From the NCBI GenBank assembly GCA_045627605.1, contig JAZQOA010000139.1, forward strand, positions 32,680-96,679: DNA of 64,000 nucleotides. The letters are read 5' to 3'. Origin of the DNA: Kiritimatiellia bacterium (GTDB lineage Bacteria; Verrucomicrobiota; Kiritimatiellia; RFP12; JAAYLN01). This document shows positions 37,003-45,907 of the stretch, piece after piece (position 1 is the first letter of the stretch; each line of letters begins with the position of its first letter). The position numbers were made by a program, and so were the translations under genes. The notes under the pieces are model-generated. The model did not search any database and was not told where the DNA came from. It worked only from the letters and a program-made list of their open reading frames with translations.

Positions 37003-38559
37003 ATGAAACGCAAATGCGAATCTTCAAAGTCGTCCGAAGCGACGGCTTGTCCCGTTTCCGAAGGCAAGCGCCCTGTATTCGTCAACTACGACGACACGCA
37101 TTTTGTTCATTCGCGCTCCAAGGCGGGCGTGAAGATGACCGTAGCCGAAATGCGGCGGATGGTGCGCCAGTACAAGGGCACGGATGTCACCGATCTTCTC
37201 TTCTGCGTTTCGGGGCGCATTGCGGATGTGCCGAACGCCGTCAAGGAAAGCTGGATTGACAAGTACCACCAGAAAGTGGAAAACGGAATCGCCGTCGATT
37301 ACACGGAGGACATCTACGCCCGCGCAGCCCACGACCAGTACGAGGTGAAGCATGTCGACAGGGTCGCGATCTGGCTGGATGAGGCGCGGAAGTGCGGAAT
37401 CCGCCCGTGGCTCTCATTCCGCATGAACGACTGCCACGAAAACTTCAAGCCCACGAGCTTCCTCCATCCTGAATTCTTCCACCGGCACCCTGAATACCGG
37501 AGAATCCGCCATCGCGCCCCCGAACTCTACTTTGACCGCTGCTTTGACTTTGCCGTCAGGGAAATACGCGACCGGGAGCTTGGCTACATTGGCGAGATGC
37601 TCAGCCGCTACGACACCGACGGGGTCGAGATTGACTGGATGCGCGAACCTTACTGCTTCGAGCCGGGACGCGAGAACTGCGCCATCATGACCAATTTCAT
37701 GCGTGACGTGCGCGGTCTTGCCGACAAGGCGGCGAAGCGGCTCGGACATCCCGTGAAGGTGCTTGCGCGTGTGCCGGCCGATCCCGAGACCGCGCTCAGG
37801 TTCGGCTTCGATGCTGCGACCTGGGCGGACGGGAAACTCGTGGACGTACTGGTGCCGTGTCCGCGCTGGGAGACGACGGATAACGAAATCGCGACGGATC
37901 TCTGGAAGCGCCTGCTGCGCGGCACGGGTGTGCAGCTTGCGCCGGGCGTCGAGATCCGCATCGTGCGGGAGCGTCCGTTCTACGTCTCTGTCGAGCAGCT
38001 TATGGGCGCGGCCGCATGGCACTATTCGGCTGGCGCCGACGGCTTCTATCTCTACAACTATTTCGACGATCCGGGCTGGAAGGAGGGGGACCTCGGATAC
38101 TGGCGCAGTTTCGAGCAATCTTCCGAATCGGCCGCTGTCGCCTGGGGCAATCAGGTCAAGTGGCTGAAGATGATCGGACATCCCGACAAGGTGCTGGCGG
38201 CGCCGCGCGACCATGTGCTGACATACCGTGACATCGTTCCGCTCTGGGGCTCCCGCGAGCATGCCCTGCCCGTCAAACTGGGCAAGGGGTGGCTGCATTA
38301 CTTCCGCCTGGCGACGGGATTCGTTCCGTCCGGCCGCAAACTCAAGCTGCGCCTTGGCGTCGTCGGTGACGCGAAGCTACGGGTTTTCGCAAACAGCCGC
38401 CCCTGCGCCCTGATCGGCACGGAGAAATGCGTACCCGCATTGACTGATGCGCCGCTGCAGACATTTGAGGTCCCGGCTTTCGCCGAGGATTCCCTCGTGG
38501 TGGAGGTCAGTCCGGACGCCACGGTGGAAATAACATTCCTTGATTTGCAAGTGCGGTAG
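37003..38559 (+). CDS. hypothetical protein, possibly glycoside-hydrolase-like TIM barrel
   Basis: Clean ORF. The start is uncertain: ATG 37003 has no obvious RBS. RPWLSFRMNDCHE and GVEIDWMREP resemble GH-like (GHL) families, but I cannot name one with confidence. It abuts the GH109-like gene. Confidence 0.5.
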   Translation: MKRKCESSKSSEATACPVSEGKRPVFVNYDDTHFVHSRSKAGVKMTVAEMRRMVRQYKGTDVTDLLFCVSGRIADVPNAVKESWIDKYHQKVENGIAVDYTEDIYARAAHDQYEVKHVDRVAIWLDEARKCGIRPWLSFRMNDCHENFKPTSFLHPEFFHRHPEYRRIRHRAPELYFDRCFDFAVREIRDRELGYIGEMLSRYDTDGVEIDWMREPYCFEPGRENCAIMTNFMRDVRGLADKAAKRLGHPVKVLARVPADPETALRFGFDAATWADGKLVDVLVPCPRWETTDNEIATDLWKRLLRGTGVQLAPGVEIRIVRERPFYVSVEQLMGAAAWHYSAGADGFYLYNYFDDPGWKEGDLGYWRSFEQSSESAAVAWGNQVKWLKMIGHPDKVLAAPRDHVLTYRDIVPLWGSREHALPVKLGKGWLHYFRLATGFVPSGRKLKLRLGVVGDAKLRVFANSRPCALIGTEKCVPALTDAPLQTFEVPAFAEDSLVVEVSPDATVEITFLDLQVR

Positions 38560-38586
38560 ATGCCCGCAAGTCAAGGGGATGACGAC

Positions 38587-40035
38587 ATGGAAAGAAACGA
38601 TGTTGACCGGCGCGAGTTCCTGAGTGGAACGGGCGGGATGCCGGGCGGGGACCGCCCGGTCCGTGCCGCTGGACCGTCGATGGCGAACTTCGCCGCGCCG
38701 CCGATGGAGCGGATCCGCGTCGGTTACATCGGCCTCGGTGAACGCGGCACGTGGGCGTGTCACCGCGTGAGCGGCATCCCCGGCATCGAAACGGCGGCGC
38801 TGTGCGATTTGCGTCCTGAGGCCGTCGCCCAGAACAGGGCGTGGCTGAACGAACAGAAGAAGCCGGGCGCGATGCGCGAGTACATGGGAACGGACGACAT
38901 CTGGCGCAAGCTCTGCGAGGATCCGGACATCGACGTCGTCTATCTTTGCGTTCCCGCGCCGCTCCATGCGCAGATGGAGATCTACGCGATGGAGTGCGGC
39001 AAGCACGTGATGGTCGAGGTGCCGGCCGCGCAGAATCTTGACGACTGCTGGGCAATTGTCGAGACGAGCGAGAAGACTCGCCGCCACTGCATGATGCTTG
39101 AGAACTGCGTTTACGGCGAGAACGAGCTGCTCGCGTGGAATCTCTGCCACAAGGGACTTCTGGGGACGCTTACTCACGCCGAGGGCGGCTACATCCATCT
39201 GCTTACCTGGCGTCATGAGGAGGATCACTTCCGGAACCGCCTTCGCAAGGTCCGTGCGCAGGATCACGGCTACGGCAACTCCTATCCGACGCATGCGCTC
39301 GGGCCGATCTGCACGTACATGGACATGAACCGCGGCGACCGCATGGAGCGGATCGTCTCGCTGTCGTCCCTCGCGGCGGCGCACACCGAATTCGCGGCGG
39401 AGAACTATCCTGAGGATGCCTGGCAGAACCGGCACAAGTGGCTTACGGGCGACATGAACACGTCCATCATCAAGACGGCGAAGGGGCGCACGATCATGAT
39501 GCAGATCGACACATCGACGCCGCGTCCCTACAGCCGGATAAACCTCGTTCAGGGAACGAAGGGGTGCTTCTACGACTATCCGCTCCGGATTACCTTCGGC
39601 CCGCATGCGGGCGGTCCGAACTTCAAGGACCCGAACGAGGCGTGGCGCGGCAAGGGACACGAGTGGTTTGACGACGAACGGCTCGCCGCGGTCAAAAGGG
39701 AATACATGCATCCGCTCTACAAGGCGGCCGGCGAGATTGCGAAGAAGGTCGGCGGGCATGGCGGCATGGACTTCATGATGGATCTTCGGTGGGCGTACTG
39801 TCTGCAGAACGGCCTGCCGCTCGACATGGACGTCTATGATCTTGCGAGCTGGAGCGCGGTCGTGCCGTGTTCGGCGGAATCTGACAGGAAAGGCGGGTTG
39901 CCCGTGGAGATTCCTGATTTCACGCGTGGCGCGTGGAAGACGGCAAGCCCCGTCTCCATCGGCGCGGTCGATCTCGACAAGATGGGCTATGACCGCAACG
40001 GCATAAAGAAAGACGCCGCGCAGATGAATGCGTGA
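38587..40035 (+). CDS. Gfo/Idh/MocA family NAD-dependent enzyme with twin-arginine signal (GH109-like)
   Basis: AAGGGGA RBS before ATG 38587. It has a TAT motif (DRREFLSG), a Rossmann start (RVGYIGLGERG), and MLENCVYGENEL...HAEGGYIHLL as in the GH109 alpha-N-acetylgalactosaminidase family. Confidence 0.8.
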   Translation: MERNDVDRREFLSGTGGMPGGDRPVRAAGPSMANFAAPPMERIRVGYIGLGERGTWACHRVSGIPGIETAALCDLRPEAVAQNRAWLNEQKKPGAMREYMGTDDIWRKLCEDPDIDVVYLCVPAPLHAQMEIYAMECGKHVMVEVPAAQNLDDCWAIVETSEKTRRHCMMLENCVYGENELLAWNLCHKGLLGTLTHAEGGYIHLLTWRHEEDHFRNRLRKVRAQDHGYGNSYPTHALGPICTYMDMNRGDRMERIVSLSSLAAAHTEFAAENYPEDAWQNRHKWLTGDMNTSIIKTAKGRTIMMQIDTSTPRPYSRINLVQGTKGCFYDYPLRITFGPHAGGPNFKDPNEAWRGKGHEWFDDERLAAVKREYMHPLYKAAGEIAKKVGGHGGMDFMMDLRWAYCLQNGLPLDMDVYDLASWSAVVPCSAESDRKGGLPVEIPDFTRGAWKTASPVSIGAVDLDKMGYDRNGIKKDAAQMNA

Positions 40036-40156
40036 TTCATCGGGCGCAGGAAGCGAGACGATGGGAGAGAATGACGGCGGAATGTGCTTGAGCAAAGACG
40101 GTGAAAAATCAGCAGATGCGCAATGTTGTTGCGCATCCTGTTGACGTTGCGATGGT

Positions 40157-40900
40157 TTGGGGAGCGCGGACAACCCGGAACGGTCGTGGGTGAACTACTT
40201 GCGGTTTGGCTCGTTCCCGCAGTCCATAGATCTTGGCCACGACCCCGAACTCGTCGGGGCGTTCAACGAGGGGTTGTACAATACGATTATCCAAAAGGAT
40301 GTTGCCGCCCGGTTTCGGGGAGAAGTTTCCCCGGCGTTTGACCGCATCGTTGCGTTCATGTTCGACAACATCGGCAATATCGCCAGCGTCCGTTCCATCT
40401 CCGCTGCATTGGCTGCCGAGGGCGTGAAAGTCGCCCCTAACACGGTTGACGAGTATCTCGACCGGCTCTGCGATGCGTATCTGCTTTACAAGGTTCGCGC
40501 CATCGACGTGCAGGGCAAGGAGCATTTGAAAACCGGCTGCAAATACTACGTGACTGACATCGGGATGCGGCAGTATCTGCTCGGCTCTCGCGCCTTTGAT
40601 CGCGGTCATGTTCTGGAGAATGTCATCTTCCTTGAACTGCTCCGACGGCACAATGAGGTGTTCGTTGGGCGCAATGGCACCAAGGAAATCGACTTCATCG
40701 CCCGTGACGGGGCGGATATCACCTACTACCAGGTTGCCGAAACCATTGCGGGTGATGAGGTGCGCGCGCGTGAGTTCACGCCGCTTAACACTGTCCGCGA
40801 TCACCATCCGAAACTGATTCTCACGCTCGATGCCGTACCGCCGTCCAACGACGGCATTCGCACTCTCAATGCTCTCGACTTCCTACTCGGAAGGAGGTAA
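40157..40900 (+). pseudogene. 5'-truncated DUF4143-type AAA ATPase remnant
   Basis: The 247 aa correspond only to the C-terminal part of such ATPases (FGSFPQ..., KYYVTDIGMRQYLL, GTKEIDFIARDG). There is no Walker A/P-loop region, and only ~120 nt separate it from the preceding gene. Compare the intact paralog-type gene at 22335..23474. Confidence 0.55.
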
Positions 40901-41018
40901 TTGCAAAACCTCGGCGGAGTGGCCGCGAACGGGAAAACACCGGGATTTTGCGGCTTCCCGCCGGGTTGCGGGCACGGCGTTCTAGGTTTCGGGTTTTAAG
41001 TTCCGTAGATTTTGATTG

Positions 41019-41054
41019 CCCGTTTTGGTAGGGCGTGTCGCCCCGCGACCGCCG
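41019..41054. repeat. REP-like GC hairpin element, copy 1
   Basis: CCCGTTTTGGTAGGGCGTGTCGCCCCGCGACCGCCG. It is near-identical (one indel) to copy 2 at 41452-41486. Confidence 0.6.
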
Positions 41055-41352
41055 CATGACGATAAGGTTTCAGAATTATTTCGATTGAGAGCCAATTTCA
41101 TTAAGGTCGGGGCGAAGGCACCACTGACCAAGATTCCGCCCAGCCTCAGTTTCACTTCGTCATAACCAGTCACATTGCCTCCTTTTGGATTTTTAATCAT
41201 CATGCTATATTTTATAGAATATAGCAAGAAAATATTTTGTGAAATATTAAACAGGGGGTGCGAAGGGGTCGGTTTGCAAAATGTCAAGTGCGAAATATCT
41301 TGCCTAAAATTGAAAAATTTTTAATAATTACTGCATCGCTTGAATAAAATTT

Positions 41353-41389
41353 ATGGCTGGGTGGTCATAAATGCACGCTTTGTGATTCA
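41353..41389 (+). promoter_or_regulatory. conserved upstream element shared with 54622..54657
   Basis: ATGGCTGGGTGGTCATAAATGCACGCTTTGTGATTCA here versus ATGGCTAATGGTCATAAATCCACTTCTTTTGATTCA upstream of the other three-module beta-helix gene. The core TGGTCATAAAT is identical, as are CAC and TGATTCA. Confidence 0.35.
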
Positions 41390-41451
41390 AGTGAGGTAAT
41401 TCCAAAACCTACGCAAATGCGGCTGGCGCGGGGTACCAGCCCTATCGGTGA

Positions 41452-41486
41452 CCCGTTTTGGTAGGGCGGTCGCCCCGCGACCGCCG
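41452..41486. repeat. REP-like GC hairpin element, copy 2
   Basis: CCCGTTTTGGTAGGGCGGTCGCCCCGCGACCGCCG. GGCGGTCGC and GCGACCGCC form a perfect 9-bp stem with a CCC loop. Confidence 0.6.
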
Positions 41487-41557
41487 TGAAACGACCGGGT
41501 TTTGCAATTGCCTCATACCAGTCGGACGGGTGGCCGGTCTAAAATGCGAGAGGGGCA

Positions 41558-44500
41558 ATGATGAGGAAGTTCGTCAAGTTCGCTGCGGCGTGTGCTGCGG
41601 CGGTGGTGTCGCCAGCGGCTTTTGGCTCTACATATTACATTGCGACGGATGGTGACGACGGCGCGGCGGGGACGCTGGAGGCGCCGCTCAAGTCGCTTTC
41701 GGTCGCGCTGGAGAAGGCGCAGGACGGCGACGTCATCCACATCGGCCCCGGCGACCATATCGGGATGGCAATGACGAGCGCGAACTGCCTTGGCGTCATC
41801 AGCCGTGCGGTGAAGGTCGAGGGCGAAGGCGAGAGTGTGACGATCCTGCACGGTCTGACGAGCGGCAGCGGTGCGCGCCAGCAGGGCATCACGGTTGACA
41901 ACGCCGGGGCGACGGTCAGGAATCTGGCGTTGACGGACCTTTTCTCGTCCTGGACCGACGACGACAGTTCCTACACGACGAAAGGCGCGGCACTGATGGT
42001 CAACGCCGGCACGGCGAGCGTCTGCCGCGTCTTCAACAACAGGACCGGCGGCAACAACGGACGCATCCCGCCCGTGAGGGTCTCGGGCACGGGCGTGCTC
42101 GTCGACTCGATCATCACCAACAACGTGCAGGGCTCTTGGGGCAAGGGCGCGGGCGGCCTCTACCAGGCGGGTGGCGAAGTCAGGCGCTGCCTCATCGCCT
42201 TCAACAAGGGGCCAGAGAAAAACTCGCCGAACGGCGTCTGGGTCGCTGGCGGCACGTTCGCCGACAACGTCGTCTACAAGAATACGCGCCAGAACAGCGG
42301 TCCGTATGGCTTGCAGGCCTCGGGCGGAACCGTTGAGCGGTGCGTCATTGCCGCCAACGAGGGCACGACGGCGGGTCTGGGCGTGACGGGGGCCGCGACG
42401 GTGCGCAACTGCCTCGTCTACGGCAACTCTTCGAGCGCCAACGGCACGGACACGGCTGGCGGCTTGCTCGTCAACAACGCCTCGGCCGTCGTCAGTCACC
42501 TGACGGTCGTCGGCAATACGGGCAAGGGCGGAACGGACGGGGTGCGTGTGAAAGCGGGGGCCGTCGCGGCCAGCGTCTTCTGGGCTAACGGGCTGGTGGA
42601 TTTCACGACGACCGGCGGCACGGTCGGATTCTGCTGCTACCCCGGAGCGACCGGCACGAACATCGACGGCGATCCGCAGTTCTCGCCGGCGACATTCGCC
42701 TATCATCCGTCCGTGGCGGACTACGACGCGTTCAAGGTCGGGCGCTTTTCGCTTTGCCGTGATGGCGCGACAACTGGCGCGAATCTCGCTGCGGACGACC
42801 TTGTCGGCAACCTGCGTCCCGCCTACGGCGAGGCCGGAACGGATTATCCGGACGTCGGCTGCTACGAGCTTCAGCCGGCCGGTGCGGACGAATATTACCT
42901 CGGCATGCGTTCGGACAAGCTGGTGTTGCCGTCCGAGGACAGCGTGACCTTCACGGCCTTCAGCGAAGGTCAGGGAAAGACGGCGTCAAAATACGTGTGG
43001 GCGGTGACGACGAACGGCGTGACGACGTCCGTGACGACAACCGAGCCGTCATTCACGATTGGCCAGGCTCCGGGCGGCGCCTGCTCCGTCACGCTGACGG
43101 CGTATGACGCGAATGGTATCGAGATCGGCCGTGCGACGACGGTCGTGACGGTCAAGCCGCGGACGGTCTACCTGTCGACGGCGGGCAACGCGACCTATCC
43201 GTATGCGACGCCGGAGACGGCTACGGCCAGCCTTTATGAGGCCTTGGCGACGGTATGGACCGAGACGGACCGTCCGGGCCGGATCATCGTGGCGCCGGGA
43301 ACGTATCCGGAGCTCAAGACGCTGGGCAGCGTGACGGCGCCAATCGAAATCATCGGTCCGGACGACCCCGAGACGGCGGTCCTGCGCTTCAAGTCGTCCG
43401 ACTTCTCGGTCGGCTTCGTCCTCGGCCATCCGCAGGCGAAGCTGTCGGGCGTCACGATCAAGGGCACGACCTATTGCGATGTCGATTCGAACTACGTCCT
43501 TGGCGGTGCGCTCCGTATCGAGGACGGTGTCGTCTCCAACTGCGTCATCACCGGCTTCAATACGGCTTCCGGCAGTCGCGGAACGTCCACGCTGGCCGTG
43601 CGCGGCGGTCTCGTCACGCATACTGCCGTCACGAACAATCCGAACAGCTCGGTATTCGCCCGCGGCGTTCTTGGCGTCTACATGGACGGCGGCACGCTGG
43701 AGCATTCGATTATCTCGGACAATCCGTTCTATGGCGACCGGGCTGAGGCCGGGGCACTCTGGCAGAAGGGCGGCACGGTGCGCGACTGTCGCATCGAGCG
43801 CAACACGGTCGCCAACCAGTGCGTCGATGTCGTCGCCGGTGCGCGGATTTCGGGCGGCACGTTCGAGCGTTGCGTCGTCGGATACAACAAGGAGACGAAG
43901 GGCGGTGCGATCACGGTGACTGCGGGCGTCAAGGTCGACGGATCGGCGACAGTCCGGAACGTCCTCATCGTCGGCAACGAGACCGTGGCGACTGCGGCGA
44001 ATTCGGTCGGCGGACTTGCCGTAACGGCGAGCGGAGCTGACGTTTGCCACGTGACCGTGCTGAACAACCTGACGAGCGCGACGATCGGCGGCCTGCGCCT
44101 CGCGGCGGGCACGGTGCGCGGCGCAATCGTAAGCGGCAACCGCAATTCGACGGAGGTCTCGCAGTCGGGCGGTACACTCGCGTATTCCTGCTTCCCGACG
44201 GCTGTGGAGGGGACGGACGGCAACATCGCCGCGTCGCCCAACTTCGAAGACGCGCTCGGACACATCAGCCGCAGCTCGCCCTGCCGAGACGCGGCGAGGT
44301 ACGGCGTGACGCTGGCGGAGGACGACCTGGAGGGGAATCCGCGTGTTCCCTACGGCGAGTCCGACAAGGACTATCCCGACATGGGCTGCTACGAGCTGCA
44401 GGCGTCGAGCGAACTCGTCGCCTCGATCGGCGTCTCGACCGACGACACGTTCGTCGGCGACACGGTCACGCTGACGGTTTCGCTCGAGGGTCCGGACACG

Positions 44501-45871
44501 GAAGTCGTCGCGTCGGTCTGGACGGTTGCCGCGGGAGGCGTGACGAATGTCTACGAACGGACGGGCGCGACGCTGGTGCTCGCGGACGTTCCGGCGGGCT
44601 CCTATTCCGTTTCGGCGACGGCGCGGAACGCCTCGCAGAAAGAGGCCACCGCGCCGATGACCGACTGCTTCAAGGCGCATCCCCGCGTCTGCCACGTGGC
44701 GCTCGGCGGCAGCGACACGTGGCCCTACGACACATCGGCGAAGGCGGCGTCCAACCTCTGCGACGCCCTTGACGCCGTCTATTGCTCGGAGGCGAGCCGA
44801 GGCGAGGTGCTTGTGCATCCGGGCGTCTACGTGAACCCGAAGACGGAGCAGCAGGGCGAATACGCCTGTGCGGCCATGCTGAACAAGAACGTCGCCGTGC
44901 GCGGCCTCGGCGAGACGCCGGCGGAGACGAGGATCGACCTGACGATCGCCTCGCTCGTTTCGGCCGTTCGCCTCTATCACGAGAAGGCGCTTCTCGAGAA
45001 CCTGACGCTGACGGTCTGCGGCTGGGGCAAGGAGCTGATCAACATCGAGACGTCGGCGATGGGCCTGGCGCTGCATGTCGAGCTCGGCACGGTCTCGAAT
45101 TGCGTCGTGACGGGCTGCAAGACGTCCGGCAGCTCGTGTGCGAATCCGCCGTTCACGATGGCCGGAGGCCTCGCCCACGGCGTGCTCGTGAAGGACAACG
45201 TCTACGACAGCGGCTATGCGCGCGCCGCCTACGGTGCGTGCCTGCGCGGCGGCACGTTCGAGAACGGCGAGATCTCGGGCAACGGCGGAATGAGCGACCA
45301 TGCGCCGGTTTCGGGACTTTACATGACGGGCGGACGGCTGCAGAACACGGTCGTCAGCAACAACTACTATCGCGGCGGCGTCAAGGGAACGGTCTATGAC
45401 AACAAGTGCGGCGGCATCAATGCGACGGGCGGCACGCTTCTCAACGTGCTTGTCGCCCGCAACTCGGCGACAACGGGGTTGGCCAACTGGACGGGCGGAC
45501 TGCGGATGTCTGGGAGCGCCAAGGCGATCAACGTGACGGTCGTTGACAACGTGAGCGACGGAAATGTCGGCGAGCAGCTGACATATGCCGGCGGGACGCT
45601 CGCGAACGCGATTGTCGAGGGCAAGGCGAGCGGAACGCCGTCGGGCACGAATCTGTTGACAATGGAGCCTGTCGCCTTTCTTCGCCGTGCGAGGGGCGAT
45701 TACCGCCTCTCCTCCGCCGCGACGTCCTGCATCGACACGGGCGACGACTCACAGTGGGCCGACCTTGCGGCGGCGGTTGATCTTTCGGGTGGCCCGCGTC
45801 TATTTCGCAAGCATGTCGATTTGGGCTGCTACGAATACTCGGCGCCGGGCTTCATCATGATTGTCAAATGA
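41558..45871 (+). CDS. giant secreted right-handed beta-helix repeat protein (three modules, Ig/PKD-like linkers)
   Basis: Signal peptide MMRKFVKFAAACAAAVVSPAAFG|STYYIATDGDDG. It carries repeated GGG/GGA..Y...G.(V/L).NC.(V/I)..N type turns. Three cap motifs D..G..R......D.GCYE fall at nt 42857, 44384 and 45824. The C-terminus is ...GCYEYSAPGFIMIVK. Confidence 0.85.
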   Translation: MMRKFVKFAAACAAAVVSPAAFGSTYYIATDGDDGAAGTLEAPLKSLSVALEKAQDGDVIHIGPGDHIGMAMTSANCLGVISRAVKVEGEGESVTILHGLTSGSGARQQGITVDNAGATVRNLALTDLFSSWTDDDSSYTTKGAALMVNAGTASVCRVFNNRTGGNNGRIPPVRVSGTGVLVDSIITNNVQGSWGKGAGGLYQAGGEVRRCLIAFNKGPEKNSPNGVWVAGGTFADNVVYKNTRQNSGPYGLQASGGTVERCVIAANEGTTAGLGVTGAATVRNCLVYGNSSSANGTDTAGGLLVNNASAVVSHLTVVGNTGKGGTDGVRVKAGAVAASVFWANGLVDFTTTGGTVGFCCYPGATGTNIDGDPQFSPATFAYHPSVADYDAFKVGRFSLCRDGATTGANLAADDLVGNLRPAYGEAGTDYPDVGCYELQPAGADEYYLGMRSDKLVLPSEDSVTFTAFSEGQGKTASKYVWAVTTNGVTTSVTTTEPSFTIGQAPGGACSVTLTAYDANGIEIGRATTVVTVKPRTVYLSTAGNATYPYATPETATASLYEALATVWTETDRPGRIIVAPGTYPELKTLGSVTAPIEIIGPDDPETAVLRFKSSDFSVGFVLGHPQAKLSGVTIKGTTYCDVDSNYVLGGALRIEDGVVSNCVITGFNTASGSRGTSTLAVRGGLVTHTAVTNNPNSSVFARGVLGVYMDGGTLEHSIISDNPFYGDRAEAGALWQKGGTVRDCRIERNTVANQCVDVVAGARISGGTFERCVVGYNKETKGGAITVTAGVKVDGSATVRNVLIVGNETVATAANSVGGLAVTASGADVCHVTVLNNLTSATIGGLRLAAGTVRGAIVSGNRNSTEVSQSGGTLAYSCFPTAVEGTDGNIAASPNFEDALGHISRSSPCRDAARYGVTLAEDDLEGNPRVPYGESDKDYPDMGCYELQASSELVASIGVSTDDTFVGDTVTLTVSLEGPDTEVVASVWTVAAGGVTNVYERTGATLVLADVPAGSYSVSATARNASQKEATAPMTDCFKAHPRVCHVALGGSDTWPYDTSAKAASNLCDALDAVYCSEASRGEVLVHPGVYVNPKTEQQGEYACAAMLNKNVAVRGLGETPAETRIDLTIASLVSAVRLYHEKALLENLTLTVCGWGKELINIETSAMGLALHVELGTVSNCVVTGCKTSGSSCANPPFTMAGGLAHGVLVKDNVYDSGYARAAYGACLRGGTFENGEISGNGGMSDHAPVSGLYMTGGRLQNTVVSNNYYRGGVKGTVYDNKCGGINATGGTLLNVLVARNSATTGLANWTGGLRMSGSAKAINVTVVDNVSDGNVGEQLTYAGGTLANAIVEGKASGTPSGTNLLTMEPVAFLRRARGDYRLSSAATSCIDTGDDSQWADLAAAVDLSGGPRLFRKHVDLGCYEYSAPGFIMIVK

Positions 45872-45907
45872 TGTGAAAGGAATCTTATTTGAGCGGTTCT
45901 CCAGGTC

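Noticed and set aside
40982-41287. 101-aa minus ORF in the AT-rich segment
   Set aside because: It runs through a REP-like hairpin and an AT-rich leader, with no start context or recognisable family. It is probably non-coding or a decayed remnant.
38377-45301. Long minus-strand ORFs 38377..40173, 41513..42706 and 43049..45301
   Set aside because: They are extremely Arg-rich, low-complexity translations antisense to the GH109-like and beta-helix genes, so I read them as shadow ORFs.
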